A stretch of 64,000 bases of DNA from Acidimicrobiia bacterium (GCA_965215185.1 OZ244034.1:448001-512000), one strand, 5' to 3'. Shown: positions 26,076 to 36,452, numbered from the stretch's first letter. Notes: a model not told the origin generated them from the sequence alone. A program made the numbers and translations.

Positions 26076-27917
26076 CTAAACGCCCACTCGCTGGTGTTTT
26101 CTTTCCGCGTCAGATTGACCGCGGGCCACCCTCACCAATTCTCGTTCGCTCACCTCGGGGATACCTACTTCCCACCAGGCCCCTCCCTCGCCCCACTGGT
26201 AGGGGTGGGTCTCGATCACGATCACGTAGGTGCGGTCAGCCGCCTTGGCACGTTGATAGGCGTCGGCCAGTTCATCGACTCGCTCCACCCGCTCGGCCAG
26301 TGCCCCCATCGACCGGGCGTGCTCCACAAAGTCCACGCGGGCCAGCCGTTGATGGCGAGAGGAGGACAGCAGGTTGTTGAACTCCTCTCCTCCCGTGTTG
26401 ACTTGCAGACGGTTGATTACCGCGAAGCCGCCGTTGTCACACAGGATCAGGATCAGTTTGTGGCCGCTGAACACACTAGAATAGATGTCGGAGTTCATCA
26501 TCAGATACGAGCCGTCACCCACCCAGGTCACCACGTCCCGATCCGGAAGGGCCATCTTGGCGCCCCACGCTCCCGAGATTTCATACCCCATCGTGGAATA
26601 GCCGAACTCGGCGTCAACCGTGCCCACCTGTTTGGACCGCCACCCGAGGTTGAGCTCCCCGGGAAGCCCTCCTGCTGCCGAGAGGCAATAGTCGTCAGGG
26701 TCGCTGATCCGCCAGATGGCCTGGATCACCGACTGATAGGAGGGAGGCACGCCGCTGCGACCCTTCCAACCGTTCAGGTAGGCGTTCCACTTATCCATTT
26801 CGGTCTGGGCGGTCTGAAGCCACTCCCCGGGCGCCCGGTAGCTGCCCAATTGCTGGTCGATTTGGGTGAGGCTCAATCGGGCGTCGCCGACAACGGACTG
26901 GGCGTGTTGTTTGAGGGCGTCCCAGCGGGCGGTGTTGATCGAAACGAACCGGACCTCGGGGCGCTGGAAAGCTGTCCACGATCCGGTGGTGAAATCTTGG
27001 AGCCGGGTCCCCACCGCTATCACCAGATCGGCTCGGGCGGCCAGATGATTGGCCGAAGCTCCTCCAATAACCCCCATCGCCCCGGCAAAATTGGGATGAC
27101 CGTGCACCATGACCGACTTGCCGGCTACCGTTTCCACGACCGGGATGCCCCTTCGAACGGCGAAATCGGTCAACTGCGTGACAGCGTCCGAATAGTGAAC
27201 ACCCCCGCCGGCGATGATCAGGGGTTGGCGGGCCTCGGTGATCAGGGCGGCCGCGGCGGCAGTCTCCCTGGGGTCGGGAGCGGGACGCCGGATATAGTGG
27301 ACCCGCTCGGAGAAAAAGGCGACGGGATAGTTGTAAGCCTCCGACTGGACGTCCTGGGGAAGGGCGAGGAAAGCCGGTCCGCAGTCGGCTGGGTCCAGCA
27401 TCACCCCCAGCGCTTGGGGGAGGGATGGCACGATTTGCTCAGGGCTGGTGATGCGATCCCAGTACCGGGTGACAGGGCGGAAGGTGTCGCACACTGAAAT
27501 AGTGGGATCACCGAAGTTCTCCACCTGCTGGAGCACCGGGTCGACGATCCTATGAGTGAAGTAGTCGCCGCTGAACAGGAGTAGGGGAAGACGGTTGGCG
27601 TGGGCGGCGGCGGCGGCGGTGATCATGTTGGTGCTGCCTGGCCCGATAGAGGAAGCCGCCACCATGATCTGGCGACGGTGACGGGCCTTGGCGAAGGCCA
27701 TGGCTGCCAAGGCCATCCCCTGTTCGTTCTGACCCCGCCAGGTCGGCAACTGGTCCGAGACCGGCTGAAGGGCTTCCCCCAGGCAAGTTACGTTGCCGTG
27801 CCCGAAGATGGCGAACACCCCGGGGAACAACGGCACCCTGTTACCACCAATTACGGTTTTTTGGGCAATTAGCCATTTGACCACGGCTTGGGCCGTAGTC
27901 AACCGGATGGTTTCCAT
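26076..27917 (-). CDS. iolD: 3D-(3,5/4)-trihydroxycyclohexane-1,2-dione acylhydrolase
   Basis: TIRLTTAQA, AIFGHGNV, NEQGMA, SIGPG.TNMITAAA.AHANRLP, DPVLQQVE, TPP motif GDGSYLMMNS...DNGGF, WWEVG.PEVS. Confidence 0.95.
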   Translation of the reverse strand: METIRLTTAQAVVKWLIAQKTVIGGNRVPLFPGVFAIFGHGNVTCLGEALQPVSDQLPTWRGQNEQGMALAAMAFAKARHRRQIMVAASSIGPGSTNMITAAAAAHANRLPLLLFSGDYFTHRIVDPVLQQVENFGDPTISVCDTFRPVTRYWDRITSPEQIVPSLPQALGVMLDPADCGPAFLALPQDVQSEAYNYPVAFFSERVHYIRRPAPDPRETAAAAALITEARQPLIIAGGGVHYSDAVTQLTDFAVRRGIPVVETVAGKSVMVHGHPNFAGAMGVIGGASANHLAARADLVIAVGTRLQDFTTGSWTAFQRPEVRFVSINTARWDALKQHAQSVVGDARLSLTQIDQQLGSYRAPGEWLQTAQTEMDKWNAYLNGWKGRSGVPPSYQSVIQAIWRISDPDDYCLSAAGGLPGELNLGWRSKQVGTVDAEFGYSTMGYEISGAWGAKMALPDRDVVTWVGDGSYLMMNSDIYSSVFSGHKLILILCDNGGFAVINRLQVNTGGEEFNNLLSSSRHQRLARVDFVEHARSMGALAERVERVDELADAYQRAKAADRTYVIVIETHPYQWGEGGAWWEVGIPEVSERELVRVARGQSDAERKHQRVGV

Positions 27918-28451
27918 CCGCAGTTGTCTCCTTGTTGCGCTATTGGCCGTTGTCTAACAGGGGCCCTTGATTTTAGCCCCCAACTCCGGGAACCTCCGCC
28001 GGGCGTCGGGTAGCGGTGATTGTATTTCGATCACCCAGGGCAGCGTCTGGAAACCCAAGGGGTCTTGCCGTTCCGGTTCACACCAGCGAGGGTATGTCAA
28101 CGGTGTCGTCGGGTGTTCTCCCGAGTGGCTTTCCGGCCTGAGCGGCTGCCTCGGCGATCACGCGGTGCATGGACATAGGGGCGTTATGTCAACAATCTCC
28201 ACCTAGGGGGTGGTTGATCACCTCTTCCCACTCTGCGCCGCCTTGTTCGGACCCGAATTGCCTCACCGCGGTTTCCATCCGCTGGGGAACGGGGTCGGCC
28301 ATGCCACCAATCTCGGTTGGATATCGCTTTCGGGAAAATTGACCGGCAGGTTGCGATAGGCGTGGGTGTGGGATTGGCCCATACAGCCGAATCCGATCAA
28401 TGCGATGCCGGGGCGTTGCCGGGTCAATTGAAAGGCCTTAAAGGTATTCCT

Positions 28452-29447
28452 TTACTCCAAGAGGCTACGGTCTGCCCTGCTGAGGACTTCGGGATTGACC
28501 AGATGTTTGGGCATACGACCGGTTAGGACCGCCAGGACCTCGTCTCTGGCCGTAAACAGCATGCGCAGCTTGCCCTCGGGCGTCCAGGACGCCACGTGGG
28601 GGGTGATCAGCACATTGTCGAAGCCCAGCAGAGGGTGGCCAACTGGGAGGGGCTCGGGATCGGTGACATCCAGGCCTACCCCTCCAAGGCGGCCGGAGGA
28701 GACGGCCTCCACCAAGGCGTTGGTGTTCACCAATCCCCCCCGGGCGGTGTTGATTAAAATGACGCCGCGCTTCATCCTTCCGAGGGCTTCACTGCTGATG
28801 AGACCCCTTGAGTGGGCGGTGAGCGGAATGTGGAGAGAGACGACGTCAGCGGAGGCAAGCATGTCGGATAGGTCATCGGCTCGAGTTGCATTGAGGAACT
28901 GATCATCGGGCAGGTAGGGGTCGAAGGCGGCGACTCTCATTCCTATGGCGGCGGCGATGGCGGCAACCCTCCGGCCTATCCTGCCCAAACCCACCAATCC
29001 CAAGAGCTTGCCGTCCAGTTCGGTGGAGGTGTGAGACTCTATGATGCTGAAGTCTCCTTGGCGAAGATGATGCTGAAACGTCGGAAGCTGCTTCGCCACC
29101 GCCATCATCAAAGCCACGGCGTGCTCGGCTGTGGGTACGGTTGGCGACTCAGGTGTGTTGCACACGTATATTCCCCGTTGGGTCGCCGCCGCCACGTTCA
29201 CCGAGTCGTATCCGATTCCGGAGCGGGCGATTACGACCAGTTTGGGTGCACGGTCCATCACCTCGCGGTCGTATCGGCGTACCCCCGCCACTATTGCGAC
29301 TGCTCGTTCTACCCGGTGGTAGGGATCTTGGGAAGTCCCCGGGCTAAGGACTTTGATTCCCGCCCGGCGCACTTCATCCATACCTGGCCAATGGCTGCGC
29401 TCGAACCAGACGGGATAGGGGGTGGAGATTGGTGACAAATCACTCAT
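28452..29447 (-). CDS. D-isomer-specific 2-hydroxyacid dehydrogenase (SerA-like, no ACT domain)
   Basis: GIGYDSV, GLVGLGRIG, INTARG, LDVTDPEP, ITPHVA. Confidence 0.9.
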   Translation of the reverse strand: MSDLSPISTPYPVWFERSHWPGMDEVRRAGIKVLSPGTSQDPYHRVERAVAIVAGVRRYDREVMDRAPKLVVIARSGIGYDSVNVAAATQRGIYVCNTPESPTVPTAEHAVALMMAVAKQLPTFQHHLRQGDFSIIESHTSTELDGKLLGLVGLGRIGRRVAAIAAAIGMRVAAFDPYLPDDQFLNATRADDLSDMLASADVVSLHIPLTAHSRGLISSEALGRMKRGVILINTARGGLVNTNALVEAVSSGRLGGVGLDVTDPEPLPVGHPLLGFDNVLITPHVASWTPEGKLRMLFTARDEVLAVLTGRMPKHLVNPEVLSRADRSLLE

Positions 29448-29578
29448 GGAGTTCGGTTAGAGGTTAGAGGAGACCGTCCGCCGGTTCGGCTGAGGCTCCA
29501 GGCTGCTCCTCCTCGGTTGGTTCGGTGGGAACTGTCGCAGACTCTCGGTGTACGGCGTCATTGGACTACCGAGAATGA

Positions 29579-29917
29579 TCAGGCCGGGGGAGCGCCTCTT
29601 TTTCTGATGCGTCCCCAGAAGAGGGCTAGAGACAAAAAGATGAGGACCACCCCCGCCAGCAGCCGCCATCGCGTCAGAAGGAGGATGGCTCCCCCTCCCA
29701 CGGCCAGCACGACTCCCCACCGTATGGAGCGAAGCGACGGGTAAGCCAGCCACACCGCCGCTAAGAGAATATCCGCCCGAAGCAGTACCGATCCTATTTC
29801 CGTATTGCCTTGCCACCAGGTCACGGCGGCTGCCACCGCCAGGCACACAGCTCCCAACCCCAGTAGAAGGCGTCGATGGTCAGTGGGGGTGGGGCGTTCT
29901 CCGCTCATCTGCATCAA
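29579..29917 (-). CDS. Small integral membrane protein
   Basis: Three to four hydrophobic helices; divergent from gatC. Confidence 0.65.
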   Translation of the reverse strand: MMQMSGERPTPTDHRRLLLGLGAVCLAVAAAVTWWQGNTEIGSVLLRADILLAAVWLAYPSLRSIRWGVVLAVGGGAILLLTRWRLLAGVVLIFLSLALFWGRIRKRGAPPA

Positions 29918-29960
29918 GCTAGCGACTCCACAGATTTCGTCTTCCTAAACTTCTTCCGTT

Positions 29961-30245
29961 ATGCCTATAGATGTTGATGTTGCTCATGTCGCCAACTTGG
30001 CTCGGATAGCCCTTTCTCCTCGAAAGCTTGACCGATACCGGGAGGAATTGGGTGTCATCTTGGATCATGCTTCCCGTGTCCAGGAAGTAGACACATCCGA
30101 TGCAACGCCCCTCTCCCATCCTCTGGGACAGACCAATGTGTTCCGCGCCGATCAAGTTGGGCCGTCGCTTGACCGCGAAGAAGTTCTGGAGATGGCGCCG
30201 GAGAGCCGCGATGGCTTTTTCGTAACCTCCCCGGCGCTTGACTGA
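29961..30245 (+). CDS. gatC: Asp/Glu-tRNA amidotransferase subunit C
   Basis: VAHVANLARIAL...VDT...P..HP....NVFRAD...AP...DGFF. Confidence 0.93.
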   Translation: MPIDVDVAHVANLARIALSPRKLDRYREELGVILDHASRVQEVDTSDATPLSHPLGQTNVFRADQVGPSLDREEVLEMAPESRDGFFVTSPALD

Positions 30246-31737
30246 CTCGCCAATGTCCTCTGGACCTTTATCCATAGTTGCCGCAGGCGCGGCGTTGCGC
30301 TCGGGGGAAACAACGGCCATCGAACTTCTGGCCGCGGTGCTTTCCCGGGCAGAGATGACCGAGTCGGAGTTGCACTGCTATCTCAACCTGGATCGGGAGG
30401 GTGCCCTGGAAGCCGCGGTGAGGGCCGATCGGCAATTGGAGAGGGGTGAGGACCGGGGACCTCTTCACGGCATCCCGGTGGCGGTCAAGGACAACATGTG
30501 CACCCGAGGACTGGAGACCACCTGCTCCTCGCAGATACTGGCTGGTTATCGCCCTCCCTATGACGCCACCGCGGTCACTCGCCTGCGGGAGGCGGGAGCA
30601 GTGATCGTGGGAAAGACCAACCTGGACGAATTCGCCATGGGCAGTTCCACCGAGAACTCGGCCTATGGGCCTACTCGCAACCCCTGGGACACCGAGCGGG
30701 TGCCCGGGGGTTCTTCGGGAGGTTCCGCGGCGGCGGTGGCGACGGGTTCGGCGCTCGCCGCGTTGGGTTCGGACACCGGTGGTTCCATTCGCCAGCCCGC
30801 CTCCCTGTGTGGGGTGGTGGGGATGAAACCCACTTACGGTTTGGTGAGCCGGTACGGTTTGGTGGCCTTTGCTTCATCTCTCGACCAGATTGGACCCCTC
30901 ACTCGCACCGTGGAGGACGCCGCGGTGTTGCTGGAGGCGGTGGCCGGGCATGATCCGGCAGACGCCACCTCCTATCGCGGTCCACTCCCTGACTTCACGG
31001 CTGGTTTGAAGGGCGGTCTCAAGGGCCTGAGGGTGGGGGTGGTGAAGGAGTTGGGAGGAGAGGGTTATCAGCCACAGGTGCTGGGGGCCACCAACCAGAT
31101 GCTGAATCTATTGGCCGAGCAGGGCGCGGAAGTGATGGAAGTCTCGCTGCCGCTCTTCGAAGTAGCCCTGTCCGCCTACTACCTGATAGCTCCCGCCGAG
31201 TGCTCGGCCAACCTGGCCCGCTTTGACGGGATGCGCTATGGGCTCTCGATCAAGGGACCAACGGCTTCTGCCACCATGGCGGAGACCCGGTCCGAAGGGT
31301 TTGGTCCAGAGGTGATCAGACGCATTCTGCTGGGCACTTATGCCCTCTCGGCCGGGTATTTCGACGCCTTCTACGGGCAGGCCCAAAAGGTGCGATCACT
31401 GCTGCAGATCCAGTTCGACCAGGCATACCGGAAGGTGGACGTGTTGGTCTCCCCGACCACCCCCACCACCGCCTTCCGGCTGGGTGAGAAGACCAGGGAC
31501 CCCTTGGCCATGTACCAAAGCGACATATGCACCATTCCCTCCAACCTGTCCGGACACCCGGCCATATCGGTGCCGATCGGTCTCGATTCAGGAGGACTGC
31601 CTATCGGGTTCCAAGTAATGGCTCCGGCTCTTGGCGAGCAGGTAATGCTGAGAGTGGCTTCGGAGGTGGAGCGGTTGGCGGCATTCGATGCACTGCCCCT
31701 ACCGGCGCTGGCCCCACCCACCGGGGTGCCACTGTGA
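30238..31737 (+). CDS. gatA: Asp/Glu-tRNA amidotransferase subunit A
   Basis: Amidase signature KTNLDEFAMGSSTENS, PGGSSGGS, GSDTGGSIRQP; RRILLGTYALSAGY. Confidence 0.96.
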   Translation: MTDSPMSSGPLSIVAAGAALRSGETTAIELLAAVLSRAEMTESELHCYLNLDREGALEAAVRADRQLERGEDRGPLHGIPVAVKDNMCTRGLETTCSSQILAGYRPPYDATAVTRLREAGAVIVGKTNLDEFAMGSSTENSAYGPTRNPWDTERVPGGSSGGSAAAVATGSALAALGSDTGGSIRQPASLCGVVGMKPTYGLVSRYGLVAFASSLDQIGPLTRTVEDAAVLLEAVAGHDPADATSYRGPLPDFTAGLKGGLKGLRVGVVKELGGEGYQPQVLGATNQMLNLLAEQGAEVMEVSLPLFEVALSAYYLIAPAECSANLARFDGMRYGLSIKGPTASATMAETRSEGFGPEVIRRILLGTYALSAGYFDAFYGQAQKVRSLLQIQFDQAYRKVDVLVSPTTPTTAFRLGEKTRDPLAMYQSDICTIPSNLSGHPAISVPIGLDSGGLPIGFQVMAPALGEQVMLRVASEVERLAAFDALPLPALAPPTGVPL

Positions 31738-33176
31738 ACTGGGAACCGGTGGTCGGTATAGAGGTCCACGTGGAACTGGAGACCGTATCCAAGATGTTTT
31801 GCGGATGCCGCGTCTCTTTCGGAGATCCACCCAACACCAACATTTGCCCGGTGTGTCTGGCTCTGCCCGGCTCACTTCCCGTTCCCAACCGGGAGGCCAT
31901 CGAGCGGATCATCCGCGTGGGTTTGGCTCTCAACTGCCGGATCAATCCCCGGTCGGTATTTCACCGGAAAAACTACTACTACGCCGACCTGCCCAAGAAC
32001 TATCAGATCAGCCAGTTCGACGTTCCGGTGTGTGTGGACGGGTGGCTGGATGTGGAGACCGATGAAGGTTCATTTCGGGTTGGGATCGAGCGGGTACACA
32101 TGGAAGAGGACACGGGCAAGTCGGTTCATGTGGGGGAAGGGGGAAGAATCCACACCGCGGTGGAGACTCTGGTGGACTTCAACCGGGCGGGCACCCCGCT
32201 GGTGGAGATCGTCTCCCGACCGGATTTACAAAGCGCCGCCGATGCCCGGGCCTACGCCCAGGAACTGCGGTCGGTGGTGGCGGAGACGGGGGTTTCCGAT
32301 GCCCGGATGGAAAGGGGCTCCATCCGCTTTGACGCCAATGTCTCGATCCGCCCGGTGGGTAGCAAGCAACTGGGCGTGAAGGTCGAGATCAAGAACATGA
32401 ACTCCTTTCGATCGCTGGAAAAGGCCATCCGAGCCGAGGTCCGTCGACAGGAGGAAGTCGCAGAGGCGGGGGAGAGGGTGGTGATGGAGACGCGGCACTG
32501 GGACGAGCAGGCAGGGGTTACCCACTCAATGCGCACTAAGGAGGGGAGCTCCGACTACCGCTATTTCACCGAGCCGGACCTGGCGCCGATGGTCTTTGAT
32601 GACTCCTGGCTGGCGGCGGCCCGTTCCGCCATTCCCGAACTCCCCGCCCCTCGCCGGGAACGTTATCGACAAATGGGGCTTGGTCATTCCGCAGCTCGGA
32701 TATTGGCTGCCTCCGAGCCGGGGTTGCGTGATCTTTTCGAGGAGTCGATGGACTCGGGCGCCGAGCCGGCGTCGGCGGCAAACTGGGTGACCGGTGAGAT
32801 CACTGCTTCTCTTCGCCGCCGGGATGTCGCATTGGCTGAGGTTCCTCTCGGCGGAGCGGACATTGCCGCTCTGACCGGGATGGTGACCGAAGGCCGGGTG
32901 TCGGCCAGCGCCGCCCGGGAGGTGCTGGAAGGGGTGATGAACGGGGAAGGCAGTCCCGCCGAGGTGGCCAGAGTTCGGAACCTCGAACAGATATCGGATC
33001 ATGCCGTTTTGGATTTGGTGGTAGAGCAAATCATGTCCTCTCACCCGGAAGCGGTGGAGCGCTACCGATCGGGGGAGAAGAAAGTGAGAGGTTTTCTGGT
33101 GGGTCAGGTGATGAAAGCCACAGCAGGCCGGGCCGACCCTCGGGAGGTCAACAGGATTCTCTCGGCCCGCTTGTAG
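31734..33176 (+). CDS. gatB: Asp/Glu-tRNA amidotransferase subunit B
   Basis: GTG 31734 overlaps the gatA stop; GIEVHVEL, RKNYYYADLPKNYQISQ, HMEEDTGK, DYRYFTEPDL, GQVMKAT.GRADP. Confidence 0.97.
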   Translation: MNWEPVVGIEVHVELETVSKMFCGCRVSFGDPPNTNICPVCLALPGSLPVPNREAIERIIRVGLALNCRINPRSVFHRKNYYYADLPKNYQISQFDVPVCVDGWLDVETDEGSFRVGIERVHMEEDTGKSVHVGEGGRIHTAVETLVDFNRAGTPLVEIVSRPDLQSAADARAYAQELRSVVAETGVSDARMERGSIRFDANVSIRPVGSKQLGVKVEIKNMNSFRSLEKAIRAEVRRQEEVAEAGERVVMETRHWDEQAGVTHSMRTKEGSSDYRYFTEPDLAPMVFDDSWLAAARSAIPELPAPRRERYRQMGLGHSAARILAASEPGLRDLFEESMDSGAEPASAANWVTGEITASLRRRDVALAEVPLGGADIAALTGMVTEGRVSASAAREVLEGVMNGEGSPAEVARVRNLEQISDHAVLDLVVEQIMSSHPEAVERYRSGEKKVRGFLVGQVMKATAGRADPREVNRILSARL

Positions 33177-33207
33177 GCAGAACCTGCCGATCAAGTCTAG
33201 ACGGGTC

Positions 33208-34488
33208 CTATTCGCCGTAGGAGACGTATTCGTCGAGACGTGGGTCTGGACGATCGCCACCGCTGTAGGTGAGGACCCGGTAATTCGCCACCGAGGGTTC
33301 GCCTACATCAACAAACTCGTACTGTCCGCCTACCCCGTCGTAGTCAGGATTACCGCCGGAGAGGATGACATCGAGGCATTCGGTGAAACTGAAACACTTT
33401 TGCCCGCCGCGGGTTATGTTGTTGATCTTCCCGGCAATCACAACGGGAGCGGTGGAGCGTGCCATCTCCGCGGCCAAGGCCGTGATGATCACCGCGTCGT
33501 AGGTCTCCGCCCCATAGCCGTAAACACCGTCCAGCCCGCCTTCGTACTGGGTTTCGAGTCGGTCGGTAAAGGCGCGAATGGAGTTGAGATCCACCGAATT
33601 CTCGGCGCCTCGCATTCCAGTGAGGATGGAGGGGTCGGTGACCGACGATCCGATAGTTGTGATGTGACCCGCCGTGCCGTATACCTTGGTTTCGGAAGTG
33701 GGCCCTATCCCTCGTTCGTGCATGGTGGTCACCAAAGAGGCCGCCTCTTCAAAGCCGATGATGAATATGGCGTCCGGATCGGATGCGACCAGCAGGTCGA
33801 CCTCGCTATCGAAGGAGTCTGTGCCTGGGGCATAAGCTATGAAGGGGTCGATTGTTCCGCCGAGATGTTCAAAACTGTCGCGGAAGGCAACCGCCAGCCC
33901 GGTTCCATAGGACTCCTGTCGATAGATGACTCCCACCTTCTCTGCGCCTTCCGCCGCCATTAGTTGCGCCATCATCTCCGACAACAGCAGGTCGGGCGGG
34001 GCAGTACGGAAATAGAGACCGTCGTCGGGATAGGTGGTGAAATCTGGGGAAGTGTTCGATGGTGCGAACTGGATCACCCCGGCGCCGGTGATCTTGTCGA
34101 TGACCAGCTTGGAAACTGCCGAACTGGCGGCTCCTACGATCACGTCCCCGCCCAAATCCATCAGCCGGTCGACTTCCGGGTTGGCGACATCCTGGCTGAG
34201 GTCTCCCGAGTCGGCTTCATACAGGACCACGTCGGCGCCCAAGACTCCTCCTGCCGCATTGATGTCACCGACTGCCAGCCGGGCGGCAGCGGTCAGAGTT
34301 GGGCCGAAAGACGCTAGGTCGCCGGTTAGGGGAAAGAGAGTGCCCACCACCAAGCGCCCATCATCCCATGGTGAAGGGGGAGGGGCTGAGATCAATTCTC
34401 TGAAGGTCAAGGCCCCGAGAACCAAAACAAACAGTACGATCCCCACCAATCGTTTGGGGGTGTTCTTGGAAACGCTCTTCTCGGACAA
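33208..34488 (-). CDS. Branched-chain amino acid-type ABC substrate-binding protein
   Basis: GTLFPLTGDLA.FG, INAAGGVLG, IVGAASS, YFRTAP.D, YDAVII.ALAA; N-terminal anchor. Confidence 0.88.
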   Translation of the reverse strand: MSEKSVSKNTPKRLVGIVLFVLVLGALTFRELISAPPPSPWDDGRLVVGTLFPLTGDLASFGPTLTAAARLAVGDINAAGGVLGADVVLYEADSGDLSQDVANPEVDRLMDLGGDVIVGAASSAVSKLVIDKITGAGVIQFAPSNTSPDFTTYPDDGLYFRTAPPDLLLSEMMAQLMAAEGAEKVGVIYRQESYGTGLAVAFRDSFEHLGGTIDPFIAYAPGTDSFDSEVDLLVASDPDAIFIIGFEEAASLVTTMHERGIGPTSETKVYGTAGHITTIGSSVTDPSILTGMRGAENSVDLNSIRAFTDRLETQYEGGLDGVYGYGAETYDAVIITALAAEMARSTAPVVIAGKINNITRGGQKCFSFTECLDVILSGGNPDYDGVGGQYEFVDVGEPSVANYRVLTYSGGDRPDPRLDEYVSYGE

Positions 34489-34635
34489 TCGAACTCTTAG
34501 CCTTTTTATGCGCCCTCATATTAAAGCCTAACGGATGGTGCTTCCGCCGTGGTCGGCCTTGGAACAAGATAGACCAACCCTGGGCACGTTTGTGCGATGA
34601 ATACTGCGAAGCGCCGAAAGCTAGAATTCAGCACC

Positions 34636-34755
34636 ATGCGCACCGGGATCTATCTGTTCCTGATCTGGGGAGTTCCGGTTATCACCACCGGGGTCCTCAT
34701 CTATTTGGCGTATGCCCGCCGCACCTCACTAGGGCGGTCCCCCGAGAAGCGCTGA
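34636..34755 (+). CDS. 39-aa single-pass membrane peptide (not in the ORF track)
   Basis: MRTGIYLFLIWGVPVITTGVLIYLAYARRTSLGRSPEKR. TAGAAT lies 8 nt upstream of the ATG, and the stop is followed by the AAGGAG SD of the permease. Confidence 0.6.
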   Translation: MRTGIYLFLIWGVPVITTGVLIYLAYARRTSLGRSPEKR

Positions 34756-34770
34756 CCAAGGAGAGTTGGG

Positions 34771-35463
34771 ATGGAGTTTTTGTGGGAGGTGTTGACCGAC
34801 GCAGTCCGGAGCCTGACAAAGATAGACCCTCAACTGTGGACAGTGGTGGCTCTTACGCTGGTCGTTTCGGCCGCCTCAACCCTGATCGGGGTGGTGTTGG
34901 GAGTGCCTCTGGGTGCAGCCTTGGCTCTGGGGCGATTCCGGGGAAGGGGCGCGCTTCGCTTGGCGGTAAGTGTGGGAATGGGATTTCCCCCGGTGCTGGC
35001 TGGGCTCTTGCTCCTCCTCGTCTTTTGGCGGTCGGGTCCGCTGGGAGGACTCGGCCTTATCTTCACCCCCGTCGCCATGGTGGTGGCTCAGGTGGTCTTG
35101 GCCACACCCATAGCGGCGGGAGTCACCGCCGGGTCGATCAGGGGACTGGGAGCCGCAGCAGTGGAACAGTTGGCCGCTCTTCGCCTGAGCCGGATCGCTC
35201 GAGGAGTGGTGGCGATTCGGGAAGCCCGCGCGGGAGTGGCAGCCGCGGTGGCGGCCTGTTTTGGGCGAGTGGTGGCCGAGGTGGGGGCGGTCTTGGTGGT
35301 GGGCGGAAACATCGTGGGTGAAACTCGGGTGTTGACCACCTTGATAGTTGAGGAGTCCCGCCAGGCGCGTTTCGGGGCGGCGGTGGCGGCAGGTACCGTG
35401 CTACTGGTCATCTCGGTGGTGGTGAACATCGCGGTAGATCGGTTGGGCGGAGACGGGCTATGA
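34771..35463 (+). CDS. tupB: Tungstate-type ABC transporter permease
   Basis: GMGFPPVLAGL, RSGPLG.LGLIFTP.AMVVAQ..LA.PI, FGR..AEVGAVLVVGGNI.GETRVLTT.I. Confidence 0.85.
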   Translation: MEFLWEVLTDAVRSLTKIDPQLWTVVALTLVVSAASTLIGVVLGVPLGAALALGRFRGRGALRLAVSVGMGFPPVLAGLLLLLVFWRSGPLGGLGLIFTPVAMVVAQVVLATPIAAGVTAGSIRGLGAAAVEQLAALRLSRIARGVVAIREARAGVAAAVAACFGRVVAEVGAVLVVGGNIVGETRVLTTLIVEESRQARFGAAVAAGTVLLVISVVVNIAVDRLGGDGL

Positions 35464-36452
35464 AAGTCTCGCTGCGGTATCCCCGGGAAGACCCGATCCT
35501 CGACCTGCAAGGATTGAACTTGGCCGAGGGCCGGAGGACAATCGTGTTCGGACCCAACGGGGGGGGAAAGACCACCCTCCTGCGGCTCTTGGCCGGGACC
35601 CTTCCCGGGGGACCCGGCTGGGAGTGCGCGTATCTTCCCCAGAGTCCCCACCTTTTCCGAGGCAGCATCGGATGGAACCTCGGACTGGGTCTGGACACCG
35701 AACGTGCTGTCCTCGCCGCCCGATTGGCTGCCCAGCTTGGGATGGGAGACCGGCTGTCCGAGCCGGCAAACCGTTTGAGTGGCGGGGAGATACAACGTAT
35801 CGCCTTGGCCAGGGTGCTGGCCGGGCCAGAACGATGGGTCCTGCTGGACGAACCGTTAGCGGCCATCGACGCCGAAGACCGGGTCGAGGTGGCCAGGGTG
35901 ATTGCCGAAGCGGTTGCGGATAGGGGAGCAGCGATCGTCACCCACGACCTGGAGACCGCTGCCTCCCTTGGGTCGCACATGGCAGTGCTGGTGGAAGGTC
36001 GGCTTCGCCAGCAGGGACCAGTGGGGGAGGTGCTCTCCAGGCCGGTTGATTCGCGGGTGGCCGCGGTAGTGGGGGTCTCCAACCTTTGGGGAGGGGTGGG
36101 CATGACCAGGACCATGCGGGGAGGATTTGCCGGCGCCCGGGTGGGAGCAGTGCGGATCTGGGGAGTCGGCGCGGTTGAAGTCGGCGCGCCTTGTCGGGCG
36201 CTTTTTCGAGGGGAGTCGGTGGCAATCTTGGGACCGGGAGGGGCTGCCGGTTCGGTTCGCAACCGGTGGCTGGGAAAGATAACGGAAATGAGTCCGGGCG
36301 GTCGTTGGGTGGAACTGAGGGTTGATGTCGGAGGGGTGGAAGTTACCGCGGTCATCACCCCTGGTGCGATGGATGAGATGGAACTTGAGGTCGGATCACA
36401 GGTGGTGGCGGCGGTGAAGGCATCGGCGGTGCGGTTGCTGGCGGGCGGTTGA
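35460..36452 (+). CDS. tupC: ABC ATP-binding protein with TOBE domain (tungstate/molybdate)
   Basis: GPNGGGKTT, LSGGEIQR, LLDEP, VTHD; C-terminal TOBE (A.IT...L.VG..V.A.VKASAV). Confidence 0.78.
   Translation: MKVSLRYPREDPILDLQGLNLAEGRRTIVFGPNGGGKTTLLRLLAGTLPGGPGWECAYLPQSPHLFRGSIGWNLGLGLDTERAVLAARLAAQLGMGDRLSEPANRLSGGEIQRIALARVLAGPERWVLLDEPLAAIDAEDRVEVARVIAEAVADRGAAIVTHDLETAASLGSHMAVLVEGRLRQQGPVGEVLSRPVDSRVAAVVGVSNLWGGVGMTRTMRGGFAGARVGAVRIWGVGAVEVGAPCRALFRGESVAILGPGGAAGSVRNRWLGKITEMSPGGRWVELRVDVGGVEVTAVITPGAMDEMELEVGSQVVAAVKASAVRLLAGG

Noticed and set aside
26094-27497. 467-aa plus-strand ORF and similar long antisense ORFs elsewhere
   Set aside because: Shadow frames of well-supported genes (here iolD), as expected in high-GC DNA.
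27920-28450. 530-bp gap upstream of iolD as a riboswitch or gene
   Set aside because: No recognisable riboswitch consensus or credible ORF; probably decayed sequence plus a promoter.
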